From: Candidatus Latescibacterota bacterium
Lineage (GTDB): Bacteria; Latescibacterota; UBA2968; UBA8231
DNA length: 64,000 bases
Direction of reading: 5' to 3'
Assembly: GCA_965215195.1 (NCBI GenBank)
Contig: CBDCDC010000002.1
Coordinates: 288,001 to 352,000 of the forward strand
Every line of letters starts with the position of its first letter. The stretch's first letter is position 1. Of this stretch, positions 9,867 to 18,005 are shown piece by piece. Position numbers and translations under genes: made by a program. Under the pieces are notes generated by a model. It saw nothing but the letters and a program-made list of their open reading frames with translations, was not told where the DNA came from and ran no database searches.

Positions 9867-11573
9867 CTACAAATCCGCAGAAGACGATTTTCGCCTCTCA
9901 TAATCATCCAAGACCGCTGTAATTCGATCTAACAATTCTCTAAATCTTGAAAAATCAATTTTATCAGCATTTGGTATGACTACCTTTTTAGCAAAAACAG
10001 TCTTTCCGTACATATCGTCCGTATTATGTTCTTTTGAAGGATCAAACTTTTTTCCATCTATGGTAGTTTCAAGTAAATTTGGATCAAACAGATCTTCGAT
10101 ACAGGACTTGGAATCTGCACCGTTTTCTGGCGTCTTCACAAGGTAAAGGTTAGCTTGAAGATGATAGAATGGTTCGGAGGTTTTGAGTGAGATATCAGGT
10201 ACACCAATTTTTTTTGCGGTGCTGAAGACACTTTTTGCTCCGTCATCATTGTCGATCAGAAGAACCGCTGGATGGGCAAGCGGTTTAAATTTGAACGAGT
10301 TGATAGTCTTATTGTAGGTCGAGATAAAGTAGTTGAGATTGCCAGTGCCGCCGCCAAGCTGAAGTATTTCTTTAATTGAGCCTGAATCTCTAAGGAAGCG
10401 GACGGCACTTGAAAACTTGCCGTTGACAAATCTACCTAGTCGTGGATAATAATCTATCAATTTCGTGATCGCGGGACGTAAATAGATAGGGTCGGTTTTT
10501 CCTTCTGTCACGATCAATGGTTTTTCTATTGCCACAAAATACTTGTAGAACAGAAATCTTCTATACAATTTCCGAATCGCGAGCGAATCTTTCTTTTTAT
10601 CCGTTTCTGATCTTATATCAGCACTATCTTTTATGTAATGTATGTGGCTGAGAATGCCCTCGATTTTGTCTAGGCTTTCCACAGGACTCTCGATATCGGA
10701 TATGTAATAGCTTCCGGTCGAGAACAGTCGATTGCAGAGCGCACGTGCGGTCCGATAGTATTCGGCTCTGATGTTGACTTTTTTGTTGACTATCAGACCG
10801 GTCGTCTCTTGCCTCGACCCACGTAGCTGCATTCGTGTTTTGTCGTTATTTACCTTGAAACCAGCCTCTTGTATCTCTCTTACTAAAGGCGATCCGAGGT
10901 CCCAATGCTGAGGTTTTTCAGGGTTTTGTTTTGCTAAAGCTAGGGGGAAATCCTTTAGGTTCGTGGAAAAAGTGATGTCGTCGGCATAGCGCGAATAGGT
11001 ACATTTGTTTTTTTTGGCAAATCGAGCGAGGCGCACATCAAGCAGATGTCCAAGCAAGTTTGAGATGATCGGGGAACACGGACTGCCCTGCGGTAACCCG
11101 TTATTATGACACGCAATTTGCGCAATGACTGTTGCTACTTTCTCATTTAACTCAAAACGCTTATCCTTTATAAAGAGGCCTCGAATACGCCCGAAATTGA
11201 ATGAAGGGAAAAAATCTTCAAGGTCCAAGTTCAGCACATAGCGACGGTTTTTATGTACGGAAGCGTTGGTGAAAATTGAGCAGGAGTGTGTAAAACCGTG
11301 AGCGAGTGGGCGGCGTGATGGGGCACATTTCTCAACTTCGGAGACGCACCCGTAGAGTACGTTTGCTAATCGTCTCTGTAGCATTTTCAGCCGAGGTTCG
11401 GGCGCGTTAATTAGTCGCTTACCACCGTTACGTTTTGGGATTTCAAAGGAGTGGTACTTTTCTGCTTCTGGTAGAATATACAGTAGATATGAAACTGTTT
11501 TAGGTTTTACACCGAGGGTATGTGCGATATCCTTAAGTGTTTGAGCCTTCCGAATACTCTCCAAATAGTTCAT
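9867..11573 (-). CDS. Retron reverse transcriptase fused to TOPRIM domain (Ec67/type I-C-like)
   Basis: IPKRNGGKRLINAP, region X NASVH, LDLEDFFPS, LPQGSPCSP, YSRYADDITFS, region Y RQETTGLIVN. C-terminal TOPRIM IVTEGKTD...GGGTG...LIDNDDG...IEDLF...GKTVFA. Confidence 0.93.
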   Translation of the reverse strand: MNYLESIRKAQTLKDIAHTLGVKPKTVSYLLYILPEAEKYHSFEIPKRNGGKRLINAPEPRLKMLQRRLANVLYGCVSEVEKCAPSRRPLAHGFTHSCSIFTNASVHKNRRYVLNLDLEDFFPSFNFGRIRGLFIKDKRFELNEKVATVIAQIACHNNGLPQGSPCSPIISNLLGHLLDVRLARFAKKNKCTYSRYADDITFSTNLKDFPLALAKQNPEKPQHWDLGSPLVREIQEAGFKVNNDKTRMQLRGSRQETTGLIVNKKVNIRAEYYRTARALCNRLFSTGSYYISDIESPVESLDKIEGILSHIHYIKDSADIRSETDKKKDSLAIRKLYRRFLFYKYFVAIEKPLIVTEGKTDPIYLRPAITKLIDYYPRLGRFVNGKFSSAVRFLRDSGSIKEILQLGGGTGNLNYFISTYNKTINSFKFKPLAHPAVLLIDNDDGAKSVFSTAKKIGVPDISLKTSEPFYHLQANLYLVKTPENGADSKSCIEDLFDPNLLETTIDGKKFDPSKEHNTDDMYGKTVFAKKVVIPNADKIDFSRFRELLDRITAVLDDYERRKSSSADL

Positions 11574-11599
11574 TAGTCAATTGTCAATTATCAAGGAAA

Positions 11600-11741
11600 T
11601 GGCTTACAGGCACTCCTATGCGGGGAATATAGAATATAGTAGCGATAACTATATATCGCATTCAAAGATTGGATGGAGCAATAGCATCCTAACATCTTAT
11701 CTTATATCGCGATGCGCGATAACATTTCTGCCTGTAAGCCA
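11600..11741 (-). ncRNA. Retron msr-msd non-coding RNA
   Basis: 13-bp a1/a2 inverted repeat TGGCTTACAGGCA (11600-11612) / TGCCTGTAAGCCA (11729-11741). Candidate branching G at 11728. msr stems at 11705-11721 and 11671-11689, msd hairpin at 11618-11661. Lies 26 bp upstream of the RT start. Confidence 0.88.
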
Positions 11742-11790
11742 AAAATAAGATAACAGGAAAACGCTGGGAAGTCAACTAAAGAAACTCCAA

Positions 11791-12168
11791 TTAGTCGGCG
11801 ACAGTTTCGCCCCCAGCGACGCCCGTTGGTTGGCGATGCATCCACATGTAGGTTTCTTCCAACAGGTCGCGCAGTTCCTCGGCAATCTCCGGGTGCGGAT
11901 CGCCGGCGAGAGCTTTGCGCACCAACTGCTCGGCCCGACGAAACTGGTTGCTGTTAAACGCCAGCCACCCGGCGCTCCGGTGCAGCACGGACCACGTTGG
12001 CTCAGCGCGCTCGTCGCGCTCATCCAGTGCTCTAATGGCCGCCAGTTCCAGTTCCAATGCTTGGGCATAAAGCTGCACGGCCTTTGCTTTATGGCCTCGT
12101 TCTCGTTCCAGAATGGCCGTTTCCACTAAGTCCATGGCTCGGTTGTGGGGGTTGTTAGCAGCACTCAT
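11791..12168 (-). CDS. Hypothetical helical/TPR-like protein (HNRAM...RSAGWLA family)
   Basis: ORF with ELELAA...EPTWSVLHRSAGWLA...HPEIAEELRDLLE. May be C-terminally truncated. Confidence 0.6.
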   Translation of the reverse strand: MSAANNPHNRAMDLVETAILERERGHKAKAVQLYAQALELELAAIRALDERDERAEPTWSVLHRSAGWLAFNSNQFRRAEQLVRKALAGDPHPEIAEELRDLLEETYMWMHRQPTGVAGGETVAD

Positions 12169-12280
12169 AAGACGTTCCGGAAAGAGGAAAATGGCATTAC
12201 AAATCGGTTCTGCGCCAAAGTGCCTTTGATTTGAATCTGTAATCACACATTGCCGGCTCTCTGTTTTTTGCTCCACGATC

Positions 12281-13570
12281 TCACTCCGGGAAATAGACCT
12301 CTTCTTCGATATTGTTTTCAAGTCCCATGCAGGATAGTACTTGGTCTATGACATCGGAATTAAACTTCACTTGCTCTGCGAGCATGATCAATTTGTTGTA
12401 CGTAATTTTGTCGCGGCGGTAGGCTTCGATAGCCATACCCGTGAAGTTGAGCGCAAAGTTGCTGGTGTGGGGGTCTCGTCTTTCTTCTCCGATTTTCAGA
12501 AATTGCACAATTTGCCTTGCTTTTTCTTTTTGCCGGTAGAGTTGATCAAATGATTCTTCGGACAGAAACTTTGTGTTTCTCAATCTGTACAAGGCGGCTT
12601 CAAAACTAGTTCCAAAGTACGCACAGAGCTTGACGATATCGTAAAGCGTGATGATTTGTGAGGATGCCAAGCGACGGTGATGCCCAACAAGCGGATCGGG
12701 TTGCTCGGTATAGGCTAACAGTTTTTCTCTGCTGGATTCACCTTTGCCGATGTTTTTGAGAAATTGACTCACGCCTTCTTTTGGCATGAGAAACGCCGTG
12801 GCAAAAGCATTTGCACACACTTCAAATAAGTCGCGCTCGTTTGAAATTTTGCTGATGGCACTGACCTTATCTCGGTCGAGCAATATGTGACTGTATTCAT
12901 GAGCTATGGTAAATGCGACACGCGCTTTTGCCCTATCGAGCTGTGCTTGGTTGATGAAGATGCACAATTGCGCTTCTGCATTGGCCATGAAGATGCCGGA
13001 GATCTGCTCATCCAAATTGATTTCGATAACCGGTATCCCCTGCGATTCCACCAACTCGGCCATGTCGCGAATGGGATCATTCCCCAATTCGAGACGACCG
13101 CGTTCCGCCTCTGCTGCACGTTCGCCCACTTGAATGGCTTCCCAAATGCTTTTGGGTTCGCGATAGGTATATACAGGCGGTAGGTTCCGTTCTTTATCCA
13201 ACCCCAAAAGATCCTTTAGGTTGAGATATTCTCGGAAAATCTCGAATGCCTGCTGCAATGCTTCCCTACGTGCGTCGTTTTGAACCAACTCGGGATGAGT
13301 GCGAAACAGGACGGCAAGCGCGTCTTTCTCAACGCCCGTGCTGAAGTAGTTAAATTCAGTAGGCTTTTCTTCTAAGAAACTGACAATATCCCGCGCATAA
13401 AGACGCGATAGGCGCGTCAATTCGAGTGAACTGACCGTGCGTTGCCCGGACTCAATTTGAGAAATTGCCACACGGGTAAGCGCAACGCGATCGGCAACCT
13501 GCTGTTGGGTCAATCCGCTTGCTTCACGCGCACGTTTCAGCCGCTGTCCCAATTCTCGCTGCGTCAGCAT
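12281..13570 (-). CDS. XRE HTH fused to ImmA/IrrE (M78) metallopeptidase
   Basis: N-terminal HTH (LGQRLKRAREASGLTQQQVA...SQIESGQR), FTIAHEYSH, EVCANAFATAFLMP. Confidence 0.9.
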   Translation of the reverse strand: MLTQRELGQRLKRAREASGLTQQQVADRVALTRVAISQIESGQRTVSSLELTRLSRLYARDIVSFLEEKPTEFNYFSTGVEKDALAVLFRTHPELVQNDARREALQQAFEIFREYLNLKDLLGLDKERNLPPVYTYREPKSIWEAIQVGERAAEAERGRLELGNDPIRDMAELVESQGIPVIEINLDEQISGIFMANAEAQLCIFINQAQLDRAKARVAFTIAHEYSHILLDRDKVSAISKISNERDLFEVCANAFATAFLMPKEGVSQFLKNIGKGESSREKLLAYTEQPDPLVGHHRRLASSQIITLYDIVKLCAYFGTSFEAALYRLRNTKFLSEESFDQLYRQKEKARQIVQFLKIGEERRDPHTSNFALNFTGMAIEAYRRDKITYNKLIMLAEQVKFNSDVIDQVLSCMGLENNIEEEVYFPE

Positions 13571-13585
13571 CGTAAATGGACGCCC

Positions 13586-15568
13586 TCAAAACACAATGCT
13601 CGACACGGCCTTGGAAATCAGCGCCAGCGCAATCGACGACATCCCCACCAAGCCCATTCCGCACGAATAGCCGGCCAACAGAATGGGCGCGTACGCCCGC
13701 CAGCGCGCTTCGCCAAAGCGCTTTTGCAAGTGATAGCGGCCCAGCAATGCGCCGATGAAGTTGGGCAGCAGAAAGTGCGGCCACGCGCCCACGCCGCCGA
13801 TGAAGCCGTAGAACAGGGCGATCGGCCAGCGCACGAGCGCCAGCACACCCAAAATCCCGGCGCTGCCCAGCGCACCCGTGAGCACGTATTCCCAGCGAAT
13901 GATGGTCTCGATCAGCTCGTTGCCGCCCTCGGCGAGGGTTGACTTGGCCCAGAACGCCTGCATGGTGGCGTGGAAGGGCCAAAACTTTTGCACGTAGGGA
14001 TAGGCCGACGAGGGAATCGGCCCGAGCTGCCAGATAAAAGACCAGAACACAAACGAGCAGACGAACATGATTAGCAAGGTTACGCCAGCTAACTTGACGA
14101 TGCTGCCGAAGTGGGTGCGGGTCAGTTCGAGTTGCTTGAAGGCCGCGGCTTCGTAGCCCCACTGGAAGAGCGGGATCGGCGCAAACCACACGGCCGCGCC
14201 CTGATAGCCCGACAGGTAAAAGGAGCCTTCGCGCAAATAGGGGAAAGACGCCCCTTGCGGCGAGCCGGTCAGGCCGATCATGCGCGCCCCGATGTACGAG
14301 TAAATCGGCGTCCACACAAAGCCGAAGAACGCGCTGATCCACCAGGGAAATTCCGGCACCAAATACCACACCAAGACCACGAAGCCGAGCGTGCTCACCG
14401 CCCAGATGCCCAAGGCGAGGGGGATGGGGATGTCGCCGCGCCCCTCGGGTAGCCCTCCGTCGTTGCCCGCGCGCTTAACCCCGCGCAAAGTCCACAGGGT
14501 CTTGCCCACCATGGCAAAACCCATCACGGCCACCACGACCGCCCCGCCAATGGAAAAGCTGAGCCAGAAGTCAAAGGAGTTGGCGATCTGCGTGGGGATC
14601 GCCGACATGCCCGGCTCCCAGGTGTGCAGCACGTCGTAGGCGTAGAGCAGCGGATTGACGAGGACGTTGACGAGGAAGGCCGCGGCAAAGGAGCCGACCA
14701 CGATCCAAAAGGGCAGGACAAAGCCGACCATGACGTGCCCGAGGTCGGTGCCAAGGCCCATGATGCTGGCCGGCAGCATTTCCTTGAGCGAGACGGTCAG
14801 GTCGATAAACGGAATCGGCAGGATGGTCACCGTTTCGGTGAAGAAAATGCCCGAGAGCGTGGGGATGACCACGTAAAACAGCCCCCACACAAGGCCGATA
14901 AAGGCCCCGACGCTAAAGACCTCCCACCGCCAGCCTTGGCTCGGCCCCGAGCTCTCGGCGAGGGCGGTCGCGCCGCCGGCCTGCACCGCGGCCAGCGGGT
15001 ACGGCAGACGCTCAATGTCGTTGGTGATGCGGAACAGCACGTAGCCCAAAGACAGGCTGTTGACCTTTTGCATCGCGATGACGGTCAGCAGCAGGGCAAT
15101 GGGCTTGAGCCAGTCCGGGTGCAAAAAGGAGCGTCCCGCCAAGGCCGGCGAGCCGCGCGGCGGCACCACCCAATCGGGAATGTACTGGTGCAAGCCGTCG
15201 GCTTGGGGCGATTGAATCAAGTACTGGTCCCAGATCAGCCCGCCAAAAGGCCCGCCGAACAGCTCGGCCCCGGTGCCCAACTTGCCGCCCATCACGACCA
15301 AGCCGCCGGCCACCCAGTAGAGAATGATCACTTCTTGGGTGCGCAGGCGCGCAAAGGATCGCTTGGCGATTTCGATGAAGAGGATGAGCGTCACCCACTC
15401 GGCCCCGCCGGCCATGCTCTGGCCGGTCACCAACCCCAAGTAGATGGCCCCGGGCAACATGATGAAGCCGACGAAGAGGGCGGCCCACAAGGTCTTGAGG
15501 TTGAAGCCCGGTTCAAATTCGAGGTCCGCGGGAATCAGTTCGGGCGCTTTTGGGTCGTCTTTTGCCAT
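13586..15568 (-). CDS. OPT-superfamily-like polytopic membrane transporter
   Basis: 660-aa hydrophobic ORF with DIERLPYPLAAV, LPIPFIDLT, GPIPSSAYPY. Confidence 0.65.
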   Translation of the reverse strand: MAKDDPKAPELIPADLEFEPGFNLKTLWAALFVGFIMLPGAIYLGLVTGQSMAGGAEWVTLILFIEIAKRSFARLRTQEVIILYWVAGGLVVMGGKLGTGAELFGGPFGGLIWDQYLIQSPQADGLHQYIPDWVVPPRGSPALAGRSFLHPDWLKPIALLLTVIAMQKVNSLSLGYVLFRITNDIERLPYPLAAVQAGGATALAESSGPSQGWRWEVFSVGAFIGLVWGLFYVVIPTLSGIFFTETVTILPIPFIDLTVSLKEMLPASIMGLGTDLGHVMVGFVLPFWIVVGSFAAAFLVNVLVNPLLYAYDVLHTWEPGMSAIPTQIANSFDFWLSFSIGGAVVVAVMGFAMVGKTLWTLRGVKRAGNDGGLPEGRGDIPIPLALGIWAVSTLGFVVLVWYLVPEFPWWISAFFGFVWTPIYSYIGARMIGLTGSPQGASFPYLREGSFYLSGYQGAAVWFAPIPLFQWGYEAAAFKQLELTRTHFGSIVKLAGVTLLIMFVCSFVFWSFIWQLGPIPSSAYPYVQKFWPFHATMQAFWAKSTLAEGGNELIETIIRWEYVLTGALGSAGILGVLALVRWPIALFYGFIGGVGAWPHFLLPNFIGALLGRYHLQKRFGEARWRAYAPILLAGYSCGMGLVGMSSIALALISKAVSSIVF

Positions 15569-15571
15569 GCG

Positions 15572-17482
15572 CTAGTTTCCGTACAAGGGGTGCCCCTGCC
15601 CGGGGAACCAAATCATATCGACGCAAAAGGACAGGCCAATCGCGGTGAAGTACCCGAGAATGAGGCCAATAAAAAAGGGCTGGGCGCGTTGGTACAGGCC
15701 GATGCCGCCCGAGCGCATGATGGCCCATTTGGCCAGCCAAGAGACGAAGATCGAAAAGACGATGATGGTCATGGGATAGGAGCAGATGCCGACCGGCATG
15801 CCAATCGGGTGCAGGGGCCACCACGAGAAGCGGTAGCGCATAAAGGTCAACAGTCCCATGACGCCCGCGCCACTGACGAGGTGGCCCAGCCGCGTCCAAT
15901 CCGGGGCCTTGAGGTCGATTTTGCGCAGGCTTTCCACGTAGGGCACTTGCGAGCCCGTGCCGAAGATCCACCCGCCGTAGTTGTACGCGCCAAAGGAGTA
16001 GCCCATGTAGAGCGCAAAGGCCATGGAGACCACGAGGGCCACCAGCGCCGAGAGGAGGATGTAGAAGCTGAGCCAGCGGCGATTGCCGCGGATGTGGCCG
16101 GACACCTTGGCGCTGTTGGCCGCGGCGACCATGAAGAAGCCCTTGAGCTCGTGGTGCCAGCCGTAGGACAGCCCGAGGGCGATGTTGCTCTGTGCAGTGG
16201 CGTGCGGCCCGAGCGCGTACCCGACAAAGGTCTGGCCGACCAGCGGTGCGCGGCTGAAGAGCAAGCCGCCCTCCATGATAATGCGCGTGATGCCCACGTA
16301 GAGGACCAAGGTGGCCAAGATGAAGAGCGCGACCGTGGGCGGGTTCATGCCCGCGCGCCACATCCAAAAGGCGATGTAGAGCAGGGCCAGCCCGCTGCCA
16401 AAGACGATCATCCGGTAGGACATTAGCTCGTCGGTGTCGTCGATGTCGGCATCGTTGTACACGGCTTTGCGCCAGATCGCCCCGAGGTGCCCGCGCGCCA
16501 TCCACAGCATCCCAGCGACGAGGGCGATCAGTGCGCCGAAGGACTGCCAGCCGATGGCAGGGTGCCCGAGGGTGTACACGTCGCGGCCGGCAATGGTGTA
16601 GCCAAAGCGGTTGAACAGGCCCTGTTGCAGCATGGTGAGCGCGGTGAAAAACCACATGCTGAACGACACGTCGAGATTGACGAAATACGCGAAGCCGACG
16701 ATGGCCCAGTTCACGTTGGTATTGATGGCGGGAAATTCGCGGCCAATGCGGATGGGGTCGGACAGATCGCGCGGGATGGGTGGAAAGGCCGGGGTAAAGT
16801 ACGCGACCACGTTCCACATAACCATGCAGAAGGGCAGGGCAAAGCCGAACCAAAACGCCTTTTGGCGCACAAAGCTGGGCCAGTTAGAGCCTTGCGGCGG
16901 GGCGATGAGCTGTTGGGGCAATTCCATCAGGGCGAATGGCAAGCGCTCGTATTCGACCCACTGCTTGCGCAGGGCCGCGACCATGCAGTGACACAAAAAG
17001 AAGATGGCCATCACCAAGCTGGTCCACCAAAAAAGCGGCCCGATCCAAGCGCCCCAAGGGATGGATTCGCCGGCCGGCAGGCCGTTGTAGAACCACTTGA
17101 GGGCAATCGCGTCGTTGGGCACCAGCCATTCCTCAATGTACTGCACTACCTTGCTCTGCCACTGATTCTCGGGCGAGGCAAAGTACTGGGGGGCGGCGAC
17201 GACCGCGATCATGTACGTGGAGGTGCCCCAGGTGGGAATTGAGGCCCCGACCAAGGACATGGTGAAGATGAGGCCCAGCTCACTGGTGCTCAGGCCGCGC
17301 ACCTTTAGCAGGGACTTGGCCGCGGCGTTGAGAAAGACCAAGCCGGTAAAGAGAAACACCACGCTCAAGGGCAGGTAGCTGATTGCCCACTGCGAGGACT
17401 TGAGGATGAACATGCTGTACGGGGCCCCGATGTTGATCAGGACCACGAGGCCCAAGCCGATGAGAAAGGCGCGTGGAGTCAC
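15572..17482 (-). CDS. DUF6785/DUF6784-type polytopic membrane protein (OPT-like)
   Basis: LRKQWVEYERLPFAL, WWPLHPIG, C-terminal WLAKWAIMRSGGIGLYQRAQPFFIGLILG. Confidence 0.7.
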   Translation of the reverse strand: MTPRAFLIGLGLVVLINIGAPYSMFILKSSQWAISYLPLSVVFLFTGLVFLNAAAKSLLKVRGLSTSELGLIFTMSLVGASIPTWGTSTYMIAVVAAPQYFASPENQWQSKVVQYIEEWLVPNDAIALKWFYNGLPAGESIPWGAWIGPLFWWTSLVMAIFFLCHCMVAALRKQWVEYERLPFALMELPQQLIAPPQGSNWPSFVRQKAFWFGFALPFCMVMWNVVAYFTPAFPPIPRDLSDPIRIGREFPAINTNVNWAIVGFAYFVNLDVSFSMWFFTALTMLQQGLFNRFGYTIAGRDVYTLGHPAIGWQSFGALIALVAGMLWMARGHLGAIWRKAVYNDADIDDTDELMSYRMIVFGSGLALLYIAFWMWRAGMNPPTVALFILATLVLYVGITRIIMEGGLLFSRAPLVGQTFVGYALGPHATAQSNIALGLSYGWHHELKGFFMVAAANSAKVSGHIRGNRRWLSFYILLSALVALVVSMAFALYMGYSFGAYNYGGWIFGTGSQVPYVESLRKIDLKAPDWTRLGHLVSGAGVMGLLTFMRYRFSWWPLHPIGMPVGICSYPMTIIVFSIFVSWLAKWAIMRSGGIGLYQRAQPFFIGLILGYFTAIGLSFCVDMIWFPGQGHPLYGN

Positions 17483-17712
17483 GTCGGCTGACCGGAGCTA
17501 CTGGGGGCGCGGCGCACGTTTAGCATCGACAGATTGTCTGGAGCGACCAAGTGACCCTTGGCTCGCTTGACCGCGATTTCCCACCCGGTGACAGCGCTGA
17601 CGAAAACGTCATTGTGCGGGTCGGCGATTGCGGCGCGGGTAGCTTCGGCCAGTTGCTGCACATCGGATAGACACCATAAAAAGGTGTGGGTATCCAACAG
17701 TAGCCGCGCCAT
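17479..17712 (-). pseudogene. vapC: VapC PIN toxin, C-terminally truncated
   Basis: RLLLDTHTFLW...VFVSAVTGWEIAVK. Only 77 aa, and the HxDPFD half is missing. Confidence 0.75.
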
Positions 17713-17714
17713 GG

Positions 17715-17969
17715 CTAACGCTTATCTGGGAAAATTTTCGCGTTCTCAATCAGGTCCATGAGCTCTTCATCGGGCTCGTCGAAGTCTGGAGACATCCAGA
17801 TCTTTCCTTCTAGCCCCCCAAGCTGACGTTCCTCCAGCCGCTCCCGATAGGGTTCCAGCCGCAAATACGGCTCGCCGGCCTTGGCGATCACAACTTCTTC
17901 CCCGGCCCAAGCCAACTTGCCTAGGCGCGAAAGTTGCGATTTGGCCTCGTGCATGTTCACCTTCTTCAT
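17715..17969 (-). CDS. Phd/YefM antitoxin
   Basis: VNMHEAKSQLSRL...GEEVVIAKAG...GKIWMSPDFDEP. Confidence 0.88.
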   Translation of the reverse strand: MKKVNMHEAKSQLSRLGKLAWAGEEVVIAKAGEPYLRLEPYRERLEERQLGGLEGKIWMSPDFDEPDEELMDLIENAKIFPDKR

Positions 17970-17983
17970 GGTGAATCCTCCAA

Positions 17984-18005
17984 TAGCTAAGTTAAGCTAA
18001 GTCTA
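17984..18005. promoter_or_regulatory. Putative TA operator (AGCTAAGT repeats)
   Basis: TAGCTAAGTTAAGCTAAGTCTA directly upstream of the antitoxin RBS. Confidence 0.45.

Noticed and set aside
14624-16426. Long antisense/overlapping ORFs (600 aa here; also 7225-8274, 21030-22097, 25637-26698, 33466-34455)
   Set aside because: Shadow ORFs of GC-rich coding sequence with no recognisable motifs.
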